A model generated the notes under the pieces. It had not been told where the DNA came from. It ran no database searches and worked only from the letters and a program-made list of their open reading frames with translations. Of a stretch of 64,000 nt of DNA, positions 22,274 to 35,300 are shown piece by piece. Numbering within the stretch: position 1 is the stretch's first letter; each line of letters opens with the position of its first letter. The stretch is from Lepidodermella squamata. Its lineage: Eukaryota; Animalia; Gastrotricha. The stretch lies in contig JBLDXI010000011.1 in the NCBI GenBank assembly GCA_047495785.1, positions 1,550,001 through 1,614,000 on the forward strand, given 5' to 3'. The translations under genes and the position numbers were made by a program.

Positions 22274-23182
22274 ATGAGGCGAGCTAGGGGCAATGTTGAT
22301 ACTTCGGCGACGGCTATAAAGCGAACCAGGCCGCTTCGTGGTGCAAATCTCATCAACAATCTACCAAACGACGTGCTGCGTTTGATTTTTCAATATGTCC
22401 AACTCAGCGATTGGTGCAGTTGCCTGCGAGCTTGCCGAAAATGGCACGAATTTTTCAGCGAAGACTCGATGCTAGTTAGTCTGTTACGACGCGAATTTAC
22501 GAAGAATCAAGTCGATTGTTTTCTAGCTTCCGGACCTTCGATTGTTTCGGATTTCAGGCAATTTCTACTGTCAACCCCGGATATATTTTCGCATTCTGGC
22601 ATTCAGCTCAATTTACGGCCTCAGTTCAAATTCCGCATTCTAAATCCGCACGAAAATGTTGACGATGGGCCTCGAGATTTGGACGAATTCGTTGACAGGC
22701 TGAAAACTTGGCCAAACCAAAACTGGCGGCATAAGCCGATCATTCGGCACTATCTTGACAAAGGTTGGCTTCTCTGGCTTATCGATTTGAAGCAATTGCT
22801 ACCGTTAACGTGGGGTAAGCTGAACTTCCCCGTAATGATTGGCCATTTGAAAAATTTGCCGCCCCACCGGCGTTGGGTCAACAACAACTCCTCAATTAGC
22901 CTGTATGATTCTAATCTCAATATTCTGGACGACTGTGGTACGTTTCTGTTCTATTGTTGGGGCATGGACGAGTATCCGGCTGAAGCTCGTTACATTGGGA
23001 TTTGTACGGGTTCGGATTACGGCTTGCAGGCAGTTTTCCCGTCCCAGTTTGTCGATGAGAAGCAGGAGACCGATTTGGATCGATCGAGCTGCGACGGCAG
23101 CGATACTGATCGTGAGATGGACAGTGAATCTTCTTCAAGTGACGCTTACAGCTACGCTAATGATCATCCTTACTCTGACTGA
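22274..23182 (+). CDS. F-box protein 3 (single coding exon, 302 aa)
   Basis: INNLPNDVLRLIFQYVQLSDWCSCLRACRKWHEF F-box. Shares IFS.SGIQL, WL+DL, P+MIG, EARYI and AVFPSQ with F-box 2. Confidence 0.9.
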   Translation: MRRARGNVDTSATAIKRTRPLRGANLINNLPNDVLRLIFQYVQLSDWCSCLRACRKWHEFFSEDSMLVSLLRREFTKNQVDCFLASGPSIVSDFRQFLLSTPDIFSHSGIQLNLRPQFKFRILNPHENVDDGPRDLDEFVDRLKTWPNQNWRHKPIIRHYLDKGWLLWLIDLKQLLPLTWGKLNFPVMIGHLKNLPPHRRWVNNNSSISLYDSNLNILDDCGTFLFYCWGMDEYPAEARYIGICTGSDYGLQAVFPSQFVDEKQETDLDRSSCDGSDTDREMDSESSSSDAYSYANDHPYSD

Positions 23183-23430
23183 TTTTGTACGAAGGATTTT
23201 CAGAAATAAAATTGAACAAAGTGCAATTTTTGTCGCTAGCTTTGAGATTCTATTATTTTCGCACTTCGATGGAAATCCATGGAAGTGATTTTGAAGCAGA
23301 ATCCAAAATGAAACATTTATTAATTTGTATTCAATCAGAGGCGGCGAAGATGAACGCCTTTGCCAACTTTAAATGTATCAATGGGAAAAATCGAACTCTT
23401 TTGAATACTGACGTAGCTGGTGATAGCACG

Positions 23431-24370
23431 TTAAAAAGGTCTGCCACTCGTGCAATAGTTGACTGTCAGTCCGTAGAGCGAAACACTTGAAGGATTTGAA
23501 GAAGGTCTATTTCCCCCGATGGAATAGCAGCAGGCTGCATAGCTGGCGAATGCGTTCCCTTTGGTCTTTTAAAATAATCCCGTTTAGACTTGGGAAATAC
23601 TATAGTACAAAGGCTTACATAAATGGAATTTGTGACAAGGCTATCACTCGATGCCGTAGCCGAATGCGGGAAGCGTACGCATGTAACAGTTACAGTAGTC
23701 GCACCAGGAGAAGTTGATGTTAAACGGTACGGCGCAGGGCTCGCCGTTCCGACACAAATCGTCGTATAAATACTAGGAGGCCCTTGAATAGCAGCCAGAT
23801 CATAGAAAACATTCGTCCCCGTTTGCGCACAGCAATCAGCAAACGTACTGAATGTGTTGGTGCCCACTGAAACTTGCTATATGTAACATAAAATAGAACA
23901 GCGTAAACTCTTTGATTTAAGCTCATACTGTCGCGCCGGTCAACAGGTCGCAGGCTCCGGCGTTGGCTAGACAAAATTTTGTTCCCGGCGTGCCAACATC
24001 TGACCCGCCGATAGTATCGATTTGGCACAGGTTATAAACAGGCTGCGTTAGATTGAAATTAGATATTAGATTGAAATGTTAGGCGCTGTAAGGATTTGTG
24101 GCCACTCACAGTTGTCGAGCAAGATTTCGTCGGATCACTGCAAACCTGGGTCGGTGCAATGCACACGCTAGATTGGCAAATGCTTGTTAAAGAAGCGCAG
24201 CTGGTACCAGTAGCACATGTTGGCGACGAGCTAACTGACGGGCATGGCGTTGGTGGGCAAGACGCTTTTGGGCATGGCGTTGAATTTGTTGTTAACGTCG
24301 ATATTGATGCCGGGCAAGCGTAGCCCGTAGTCAACGTGGCCAGAAAAACGGCACAGCTAAGGATGAGCAT
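23431..24370 (-). CDS. Secreted Cys/Thr-rich family, copy 7 (subfamily B); exons 24370-24110, 24042-23929, 23876-23619, 23565-23431
   Basis: Signal peptide ending YA|CP, the same three phase-0 introns with exons 2/3 of 114/258 bp, ending LYGLTVNYCTSGRPF*. The last acceptor (AAAAG) is weaker. Confidence 0.85.
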
Positions 24371-26164
24371 TCCGGAAAATAATTGAGAAGAAACAATATT
24401 AAGATGTTGATAAATGAAGTGTTGAGCCAGCTTTTAAAGGCGACGTACGCATGCTTTTTCAACAGCAACTAATCATTACCGTATTGCCTGCAGTTGGAAT
24501 GCTTTAAGTTGATGCGAAAAGGTTCATTCGCATGGCCTCATCAAAGGGGAACAGCTGAATCTGTTCCGAGGAAATGATCATCTGTCGCCTGGGCGGAAAT
24601 CATCGAGTTCTACGAGACGCTGCCCATACGGTCTTGTCGAGTTAATACGCTCATATAATTGGCGAACTTGCACCCAGCTAGCCAGCCAGACGAACAGCTA
24701 GACAGGAGGTTGTCACGCAGCATCATATTATAACATCAATGATAGAGCTCAATTATGAGAGTTTTTCCTTCACGCCCGCTACAATCAACGGCACTTCATG
24801 CTGTAGCACACATGCCGTGAATTTTGGTTGCCAACTCCAGTCAGCCGTTGCGTCATCAGTGTCAAAAGTCCGGCGTAGTAAAGTCTGAAACTGAAAAGTC
24901 GGACTGCTACAACGATTAATAACATCAAATAAGATAAAAATGGGGCGCTATTTTGTATTTAGGATGCATTCGAAATTTCTCTTGATTTTTAGCTCCGTCC
25001 TCTACGATTGCAATCGCAGCGATCGAACCACTAACAGCACTCTAATCCCTTATTCGTCCTCGAGACCAGAAGGGAAGATGTCACGGAAACAGAGAAATAC
25101 GCCAGAAGTGACAGCAAACAGTAAAAAGACAGGTCGAGCCAAATGACCAGCAGCTAGCATTTCATTAAAACAGATAAAACCGGAATATCGAGAATTGTTG
25201 TTGCTGTGTTTGTATCGATATTTAAATTTCAAAAGACTATCCAATATCTATTTTAGTTCAGTTTTACTTATATTTTGTCTATTTGATATTAAAAAGTGCA
25301 TTTAATCTCAAGCGCCGAGTTGTAGCCAGCTTTGTACACAAAGATGAAACAACGACATTTTGAGTAATTCTTGACTAACTTCGGCCGCACAATTCTCATC
25401 AGTTAGGCTTTTTATAATTCGCAAACAGCATTAAAATCTGCGATGAATGAAGATTTACAAGACAAAATCCGGCGGAATTCTACAGTTTCTAGTCCTAAAA
25501 TCCCGATATTGTTTTAAATAGGATAAAAGATAAAAGCCAAAGAACCCGAAGCTTCAGTTCGTCACCACTAGCGATAGATCGAAAATGGTTAAAGGTCAAA
25601 CTATAAAAGCGATTCGAATTTGATTTTTTTGTTTCATAACATTATTCATTTCGTGTATTTTATTTGTTAATCATCACCGAGGACGCAACGGCAGACTGGA
25701 GCTGGCAACCAACAGTCATGAAAAAGCCTGTGCTACAGCATGAAATGCCGTTGACTGTACGCGTGATGAGGAATATCTCATAATTGAGCTCTATTGATAT
25801 CACAACATGCTCAACATGCTAACCTCCTGCCCGTCTGTATGTCTGGCTGGCTAGCTGGGTGCAAGTTCGCCGATTTTATGAGCGTATTAACTCGACAAGA
25901 CCGTATGGGCACCGTCTAGTAGGGACCCGATGATTTCAGCACAGGCGACAGATGATCATTTCCACGGAACATATTCAGCTGGCCTTCTTTGATGAGGCCA
26001 TGCGAATGAACCTTTTCGCATCAATTTAAAGCATTCCAATTACAGGCAATACGGTAATGGCTGGCTGCAGTTGAGAAAGCATGCGTACGTCGCCTTTAAA
26101 AGCTGGCTCAACACTTCATTTATCAACATATCTTGATATTATTTCTTCTCAAGTATTTTCCGGA
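24371..26164. repeat. Inverted duplication of ~490-bp upstream regions (24371-~24860 vs ~25675-26164) around an ~800-bp unique spacer
   Basis: For example GATGCGAAAAGGTTCATTCGCATGGCCTCATCAAAG at ~24511 is the reverse complement of sequence at ~25987-26022. Similarity continues into exon 1 of copies 7 and 8. Confidence 0.9.
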
Positions 26165-27126
26165 ATGTTCATCATTAGCTGTGCCGTTTTTCTGGCCACG
26201 TTAGCTACGAGCTACGCTTGCCCAGCATCAATATCGACGTTAACAACAAATTCAACGCCATGCCCAAATGCGTCTTGCCCACCAACGCCATGCCCGTCAG
26301 TTAGCTCAACGCCAACATGTGCTACTGGCGAAAGTTGTATTTCTACAGCTGAAATTTGTTCATCTCCAAACGTCTGCGCTCCTCCAACTCAGGCTTGCAC
26401 TGATTCGACTAAAAGTTGCACGACCACAGTAAGTGAGAGTGAAACGCGGAGAGTTGAATTTTGCAGTGATTATATTCTGTATTTTACACAACACAGCTTG
26501 TTTATAACCTGTGCCAAATCGATACTATCGGCGGTACAGAAGTTGGGACGCCAGGACTCAAATTTTGTCTAGCTAACGCCGGAGCCTGCACCCAGTTGAC
26601 CGGCGCAACAGTAAACACATACCTCGTCCAGTTAGTTATAATATAATCTGTTTGATTTTCCCAGCAAGTTGCAGAGGGTACCACCAAATTCGCTACATTT
26701 GCTGATTGCTGTGCGCAAACCGGGGGAAATGTCTTCTACGATACGATTGTTTTCGAGGGGTCTCAAAGTATTACAACGTTCTGTTTTGGAACAGCGAGCT
26801 CGATGCCATACAAGATAACATCGACTCAACCTAGTACAACAGCTACAACTGGCACTTGCTTACGCTTCCCGTTCTCGGCTGAAACATCAGGCGAGAGCAA
26901 GTTAAAAAATCCCAATTTTGTAAGCTGGTTTTAACCTTGATACTTAATACTTACCTAATAATTGTAATGACTTTAACAGAAGAGATTCATTGGAGGATAT
27001 GAATTCGAAAGCTTTTCTTCCTGCTGCTACGCTATTGCTGCCACAAAGCCTTCTTCACCGATCTCAACTGTTTCATTATACGGACTGAAAGTCGACAGGT
27101 GCAGAAGTGGCTTCCCAAGGGTATGA
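26165..27126 (+). CDS. Secreted Cys/Thr-rich family, copy 8 (subfamily B); exons 26165-26428, 26497-26610, 26665-26919, 26980-27126
   Basis: Signal peptide, three phase-0 introns, FATFADCC, CLRFP, FESFSSCC and LYGLKVDRC motifs. Confidence 0.88.
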
Positions 27127-27630
27127 ATCTCGGCAAAACGTCTTTGGTGATCTTCCAAACTGACCAACGACCAGTACAAGATCTTCCTTTGATTTGCAAA
27201 TATTTCCGCGCAAATATCTTAACAGTTAACATTATAGGATCATGAATTAATAAATCTGGTCTTCTGAACAACAATTACGTCTTTTTTCTTGGGGTTCAAT
27301 TTCTATCCCAGATTCATCTTCGGGTGAGCCGAGGAATGTTGTGACTATTGACTATCAAAATTTATTTCAGTATCGTTTCATATGAGACACACCAACGACA
27401 GCAATCAATTCGTCTTTATTTGCAGCCATTTTTCCCAATTCAACACGAACATTAAAAAATCACAGAATTTGCGATGGGAGCAGGGCCCATCGTCGGAATT
27501 GGCATCTCAATACGGTATAAGAAGAAATAGCTAGGAATGCCCTGGTTTTGAGCTATTCTCAGTTACAAAAAGTGCCCACAAACATTGAGATGCCAAATAA
27601 ACTCTAAACATAGCTAATATAGAACGAATA

Positions 27631-30600
27631 TCATTGAAGCACAGATAGGACAAACATAACAATAGAAAGTAACCGCCAATCTGAAAATATCCTAAATCCA
27701 CCACAAGACGATGTAAGTTTTTTCGAGTCTTTTTTCTCTTGCTGCGTGGTAGTCCTCACTCGATTCATAGTCGATGATGATCTACTCGTTGTCGGTTCGT
27801 CATCTTCAATCAAAGCCCAGTCTTCAGTAGACTGAGTCAGAGGGGTTGTAAAAGGTGAAGCAATTTTGCCATACTCGCATAGCTCTGGAAGTTGGGAAAT
27901 CGCCTCTTCAGGCAACGCAACCCCATTCCATATCGCTAGACAAGCCAAGCAATCAACGGCATGTAACCGCCGCCCAATCGCCAGGGTGAAGTTCTTCTCA
28001 TCATAAAACTGGCTGAACGCGTTAGTAACTTTCCGCCGAGTTTTCACAATTGACGATGAAAAATTCGTGCTTTCATGTGTGTAAAACGTCGCGAGCAACG
28101 AATTTGCCTTACCAGGATCCCGTTCGAAGGTTAACGCAACTAGAACCCAGCCATTTTTCGTCGCTTTCACAGGGAAATCCCGCCTCTTCCAATTCGAGGT
28201 TTCGAATGAAATCACGCCATATGAATATTGAATTGATAGTATCGGGTTATTCGGATCGCCCTGTAAAATGCAGATAGCCTCGCCACCCGGGCTCTTTGGA
28301 TCGATGAAAAGGTAAAAGGCCATTGTCCACGAAAAAGCATCTGCTCGACCTAAGTTATACTCTATCAAACTTGTGTCCGATGCCATGCCAATCCCGAGGG
28401 AGTAGGAAGATTCGTATTGATCAAATGGCCCGTTTTCGATGGAATCCAACCTCGCGTCTCTCGATACAAAAGATGGCATCAGGCCTTTAACAGCCTCTGA
28501 AATGCCGAATTTCCGATTAAATGGCCAATAACCGATTAGCTTTGAAAAATCGTGAATTGCTGGTTCGAGGAGGTCAGGATGACGGTCGACCATCAGCGAA
28601 TCCGGGCAATGGCCTCGAGTCCTGCAGACGCAAGGAATTCTCGCGATTTCTGTCTCAGTCAGCCGTTTCCTCCAGAAAATTGAGCAGGAAATTCGATCAG
28701 AGGGTAAAATTGGCCCGAAAGAGAGCTCGAACGAATCTTGCTTCATACCATGCTCCAAGCCATCGCCAAACCTGACGATTTCGGAAATTGTGAAGTTTTT
28801 CAATTCTTCCACGATATCTCCGCTGGATCTATGCAGCGAAAGGATTTGTTTCTTTGAGCTGTAAGTAACGGCTAGGAACGTCCATTCTCGACTCATTATA
28901 TCTAAACCAGTTACATTGATTGATTTTGAAGTTTCGGGGGAGTCTAAGAACAGCGTTCCTGCGACGAATCGAACTTGAAGCTGAGAAATCTTTCGTCCAG
29001 GCAGAATTTGCCTCATCTGGAAAATCGTGCCATTAGTTTTGGTATCTCCTTTGAAGAAGTAAAAACCGATTGTAAATTCGCTCGGGATTCCGAAAGAAAA
29101 TCTGTAGGACGAAAGGCGATCTCCCCACTTTTTCAAAGGTGAGACTGAGTAAGAAGTGCCAAAAGCTCGGAATGGACCAGGCTCGTCCGCAATCAATTTT
29201 TCCGAAATTTGCCCGCCTGAATCTTCAACAGCATTCGCGATATCGTTCAGAGCGCTTATGTTATCGAAAGGCCAGAAAGCTGTAACGAAATCCAGTTTTG
29301 GCATACCGACTATCGGGGCGTCTGACTGACTACAGGACGATCCAGGGTCGACAACCGAGGTACAAGCGCATCGTAAACGGGCAGCGTCAGGCGATTTGAG
29401 GCTTTCGTTGAAAATCGAAAGGCAAGTCATGCCCATTTTCCGACGAGTTGGCCCTATGGCTAGCTCAATTGTTTGGTCGAGTTTATGAGACTCCTTGAAG
29501 ATTGGCAGGTCGATATTCGGAAATTTTCTGAGTTCGTCGCCGATTTCGTCGAAAAATCGAACCGTCCGAGTTGACGCGTCGTATGAAAGGGCGAGAAATT
29601 TCCAATTTCCAGCCGGTAAAATATTCGCAACGTTGATGATTGCGTTGAAGTTATCGCGCAACAGCATGATTAAATTGTCGCGGTCTGAAAAAGCAATACT
29701 CAGCCGGCCGAGTTTGAGCAGCGGGATCACAGTGTCGACTTTTTCAGCGAAATTCTGCAGATGGAAGAAGAAGGCTATGCTAAAGCTGGAATTTTCGTGA
29801 AGTTTGAACTTGTAAGTATCTATCACCCATTCGCCGTTATCTATTGGGCTGTTCAGCATTAGAGGCCTCTTGAAAGGACCTAAAAGCAAAAGTTCGTTAA
29901 TTAACGAAACTTTCCAGAAAATTGTAAGAAAATTATGAAAACCAGAACCTAGAAATTTGCAAAAAGCAAAAGAGTGCCCATTATTTTTCAAAACTAACCC
30001 TAACCCTAACCCTAACCTCCACCTTGAACTTTGAACCTGACACTGACCCTAACCCGAATCCCGAACCCTAACTCGAACCCAACCCTAAGCCCATACCCCA
30101 ACCCTAACATAACATTGAACCTAACCCTAAACTAAAACTGAGCCAGGAACAACCCCGAAAATTCCTAAAAAATTTTTTAAAAATTCTATACATAATACAT
30201 AATTAAATTCAAATTTTGCCGGATTTAGCCAAGTTGGAAACTGACCTGTTAGCGTGCTAGTTTTGTATCTCCTTGCTCGAAATATGTCAGAGGAAGGTCC
30301 ATTGCCTGAAGTCATTTCCGTCCCACCATATTCGTCATTCAACGGCCAAAATCCAATCAAACTCTCTGGCAACGGCCCGTTATAAGCCTGCCTCCGAAAG
30401 ACCAACCCATCCGGGCAGCGCCCACGTGTTTTGCAAACGCAGGGCAACCGCTGAACTTCAGCCGGCGATAAAACGTCCTTATAAATCGTTAAACACGACA
30501 AACGGTCCTTCTTTTCAATAGCGCCTATCGCCAGACCTTTGAGCCAACTTGGAATCGTCCGTGGTAAATGCGTTATCAACAGCGGCAAACCAGTTGCGTC

Positions 30601-31155
30601 GATAACTCGCAGTGAATTAGCCAAATGATCGTAACCAATCGAGACGAAAGTCCATTTCTTAGTCGTAAAAGCCGACCAATACGGCGTGGCGTTAACGTCA
30701 TTCGCCTTAACGTAGGGTAGGTCGAGAAATAAATTCTTGCCCATGTACCCAATAGCGAATTCATTGCCACGCCCCTCGCCAAACTTGAGTATTCTCTTGT
30801 AGTTCGAATTGTCCTTTTTAAAGCCACTGTAGAAGTAGAAACTTATTGTGAAACTAGGCGGAAAGACTGCATCTGGATAGCGGATGAGGTAGACTGAGGC
30901 ATTTGAAGTCGAATGTGAGGTCGCATTCAGGCCAAAAGGCCCTGCAGGGTCGTTGTAGATCAACTGTCCAGAGCTGGACTTTAAAGTCGTAGCGCCTAGG
31001 GCATTTCGGTCGCCAAACGCTTCCTGAACTCCCGATAGCGAATCGAAAGGCCAAAAGCCGAGGAGGCTCTGCGGCTTAGGGCCTTGGAACTCCTGAGCAT
31101 GGATTTTACTGGCCAAAATACACAATTGCAGAAATGAACCGAAAAACAGCCACAT
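27631..31155 (-). CDS. Cell-surface protein with four LamG/ConA-like (pentraxin-like) domains, S/T stalk and probable GPI signal (~1052 aa); exons 31155-30246, 29879-27631
   Basis: Signal peptide, four repeats of (G/A)(F/Y)WP(F/L)..FT(I)xF(Y/F)..W.F+A+.Y..IG..C+.I+...L...E+..L, a phase-1 intron joining the two ORFs in frame, and a hydrophobic C-terminus with no cytoplasmic tail. Confidence 0.8.
29994..30130 (+). repeat. Interstitial telomere-type (CCCTAA)n/(TTAGGG)n array, degenerate, intronic
   Basis: CTAACCCTAACCCTAACCCTAACC followed by ~110 bp of decayed hexamers. Confidence 0.8.
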
Positions 31156-32351
31156 TTCATTTAAAATGTATCTAAGGACAAAGTGAGGGGAAAGTAAAGA
31201 AAAATTTTAATAGCTGAGAAGTATTATTTCCGTTTTGCGTTCTTAAGAAAAAAAAGTATATTTTCACTCAATAAATAGTCGAGACTACATTATGTTGTAA
31301 TAATGATGAATGACGCACGTTGCCATTGTTATATCAGCCTTGTATCTATCTCCCTGTAGAGCTGGCACATGTTTGGTTACAAATTTTAACATGAGATGAT
31401 GATTATATATTACATGATGATAAAATTAATTTAAAAGATTTAACGTTTTTGTTTAGAGAGATTATATCTCGCTGTTTATTTTGGTTGCTGGTCAAAGATT
31501 ATAATACTCAAGTGACATTTTTGGTGATGACCATTACATATAGCTGCCTGTTATACGAAATAAATATAAACTAAATAATTTTCTTGAAAATGAGATTATT
31601 TTTTGTCTATAAGTTGGTAATGATGCCTACTGACCGGCGGCGCGGCGTGATGAAGGCGCGCCTCAAGAGACCTTGAATTTTATAGCGGCGGCGGCGCGGC
31701 GTGACAGATGGTTGCCGGCGGAATATTCCGCATATAATTTTTCATGACAGCGGCGGCAATAAGCTAGGTGTCAAAAAATGTCATAATCACCCGACGCCTA
31801 TAGAGTAAGTGAAAGCTACCAGTAACAACAGCGAGGCACAGTACAAATAACAGTAGTATACTAGTAACAATTTGCGGCAAATAATATACATCATTATTTC
31901 ACATGCGTGAATAGGACCGGCGTGTCAAAAGCGTGAAAGGACACGCGCGCACTCAGAAATATTATTTTTCCATTGTGAAAAAAGTGCATCTTAAAAATTC
32001 GAAAAAAAAGTTTCCGCAATTTTTTCTGGCATTGAGGCGTCGCGTCGTCGTGTCGCATCATCATGAAAAGTCATCAATCATCTCTCATCGATCTTATATA
32101 TGCATGCATACATATATTATGAGCGCAAGTTGAAAAAATTGCGGTGTTAAAAATTAAAAACGTGTTGTTGCTTGGGTACTCAACGGTCGCCCTACAAAAT
32201 CGCACTCTACGAACCAAATTTTGCAGCACATGCGCGCCTTAAAAATGACGATCCTTAAGCAAACAACGCAATTTTTCGATTAAATTTGTCCGTCGCGTAA
32301 TTACACCACTTGAGGTTAATCCCAAAAAAAGATTATAGAGAAATTCATAAT

Positions 32352-35300
32352 TTATTCAAATACCGACTTGAAAATAACAATAATAGCAAACGCATAGCCT
32401 AACGTTAACCGGCCGCTATGTGAGGCCAGTGGCACAATTTTGCCGATCATCGTAGTTCTAGAGCTAGCGTTGTGTTTACTCGGAATTTGCGGCCCGATAA
32501 CTGCTAAAGAATTCGGCTGGTAAACATTCGGTATGTTACAAAGACCATTTCTCCGGCAAACAAATGCTAGCCTCGTGAAGTCTTCCGCTGCCAGAATATC
32601 GGCGTAGATTGACAGACAGACAACACTATTTTGGCTCTGGCCACTTGACGTCGGCCCAATTCTGACGTAGTCCAAGGCTCCGGACGTCCATAAACGAGGG
32701 ACGCTATGCATTGAGATGTTTCGCCCAGTTTCGTCGTAAAACTTCATGACGGACTTCTCGTAACTTATTCCGACAAAGTTCCACTCAGTTTTTGGCGATA
32801 GGACTTTAGTTTTAGCGATTACGACCCTAGTTCCGCCTGATCTTGTCCCAATCACTACAATCCAGTCACCCTGAAACGCAATGGTGAGCATGAGAGGCGG
32901 GCCGAGAAATACCAGCCCGAATCTATCAGCTGTCGAGCCGAATTCTGACTGTTTTGAGAAAAGGTAGAACGCCACGGTGAATTGGTCTCCGACTGACTCG
33001 TATTGAACTTGAATGCCGTCGAGGCTTTGGCGGAAGCGTGGGTAGCAAACTATGAACGAATCATCGCCTATTATCGACATGACCGGCTGGCTTTCATTTC
33101 CGATTTTGAACGGACCGGCTTCGATGATTTTGATCTTCCGGGGCAGGCGAAATTCGACTACTTCACAGTCATTTCCGATATGGCCAGGTTTTACAGGCCA
33201 AAAGCCGATTAAAGCACCTAAAAACAAGTGTAATAGACTCAAGGGAGAAATGAATGCAAAGATATTACCTGGTTTTGGACCCATGTAATCCGGGTTTGTG
33301 ATGAGACTCTTCGGCCTAGCAGCGAATTGGCAGGCCCTTCTCATTTTCGAAATTTCCTGACCATCCAGACTTGCATTGAACATAGCTAGGCAAATCAAGG
33401 TACTGCCCTCAGGCCACGCCGGGCCTATTGATAGATCGATAGGCGATTCAACACTAACATCCAAAGGTCGTTGCTCGTAAACCAAACCGCCACTTTCGTT
33501 GTAAAGCCTCGCGGTTTTTGTTGGCCTGTCGTAGGTTAATGCGACGAAATTCCAGCCGTTATCGCTAGGAGTCAAAGTCAGAGCTTCCGAGCGGAGAATC
33601 ATCCGTTCAGTGCCTATAGCTGTGCCAGTATGAATCTCTAGGAAGTCACCCTCAGCTTTCAAAATCAGCTTATTCCAAGTGTGGATGAGTACAGAGCTAA
33701 TACTGCGATCAGCAGGCCGGTATAAATAGAAGGTTATCGTGAAACTTTTCGTTAGTCGAACCCCTGAGTAACTCGCTAGCCATTTTTGAAGCTCAGGATT
33801 GAAAGTTGCTGAATGAAGCCGTCGTGGCACCCCAGCGAAGGGAGGCCCTGATAGTAAAGACTGCCTAGGTAGGTGAAGTTGAACAGCGTCCACCTCAAAA
33901 GGCGCTAATCCGTCGATTGCTTCATTTAACCCACCCCCGACATCAGCCTCGTCCGAGGGTTGGTCAAACAACGGCCAGTAACCGATGAGATTTTCATGTT
34001 TAGGACCCCGGTAGATGAAATCCGTTGGTTTGTAAGGCGATCCGTCCGGGCAGTTGCCTCGTGTCTTGCAGACACATGGCAATCTCGCGATTTCAGCCTG
34101 TTGTAACGCGCTTTTGAATAAAGTAAAGCAGGCCAATCTATCACCGGGATTCAGCGTTCCTATAATAAGATTCTTCACAATCGGCATGCCCCAATCCCCG
34201 AAATTTTGAGTCGCTAGTATCGCCCCGGAGCTTGAGAAAAACTTCATGATTCTCTCGTTCGAGTCGAAAGTCAACGCGAAGAAATTCCATCGATTTGACG
34301 AGAAGTCCAAAGTTGGTCCTTTAATCGCGCTTTCGTTTTTGTTCCGGAATCTCACAACAGTGGAATAGGCAAAATTGTTCGAATAGCGGAGGGAAAATTC
34401 CGGCGAGAGTGACGCCCCGCTTCCGAAATGAAAGATGTTTGGGGTCGTCGCTAAAGCGGGTTGATAGGCGTATTGAGGTTCTTTTTCGTTCTTCTCAGGG
34501 CTTGAGTGGTACAGGTAGAAAGAAATGGTGAAATCTGGCGGTAGTTCGATGTTGTCGTAGGAAACTAGAGGCGTCACTGGGGAGGTTGTGACTAGACCGT
34601 AAGACAGCTGACCGGGGAACGGGCCTGGAATGCATGTGGTGACGTAGTACCAATCGGCGTAGAAGCTCGGCGAGTAGCGATAGCCGAACTCGTCTAGCTT
34701 TGTGTCATTATCGAACGGCCAAAAGCCGACGAGGTGCTCACCGGATGGGCCGTTGTACTCGGCGAAGACGGCGCCGCACTTGGACGGAAATACTGCGTAA
34801 AAATACATGGAAAAATATTAAGAAGCCGGTGAAAGCTGAAAACTGAGAATTTCGGGAATAATCATATTTTCGGAAATAGAGAAACTTCTTTACTATAATT
34901 TAGCCTTCCCCAGCAGTTTAGCTTAAAATATGATCAAATCATGATCAAATATGATCAAACAATGATCAAATTTGATCCATAAATCATGATCGAACTTGAT
35001 CATTGGGAACTGGGACTTTCTTGATCAAATTTGAACTAACTTTGAGCGACCAATTTGTTGAAACTGTGCAGCAGAACCATGCAGTAAATGTTATGATGAT
35101 TCATTCTATTCTAGGTGAATCAGTCCAACTATAGGCGAAATGTTTTAACTCAATTTGTTAGATACATAATCATGCGGTTTGCACTAAAAAACTTCTCCCC
35201 AGGGTAACCGGTATTTCTAACAGATTAGCACCGGTAGATTGAAATTCTATGGCTATCCCAGTGAGATGCTCTAATGATCGATTAAACTAAGGTGATGTCA

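Noticed and set aside
27631-29991. 786-aa ORF as a separate gene, and the 342-aa ORF upstream as another
   Set aside because: Its N-terminus is intron sequence; both ORFs join through a phase-1 intron into one gene.
31620-32080. MITE bounded by GGCGCGGCG-rich inverted ends
   Set aside because: The inverted similarity is only partial and no TSD could be defined by eye.
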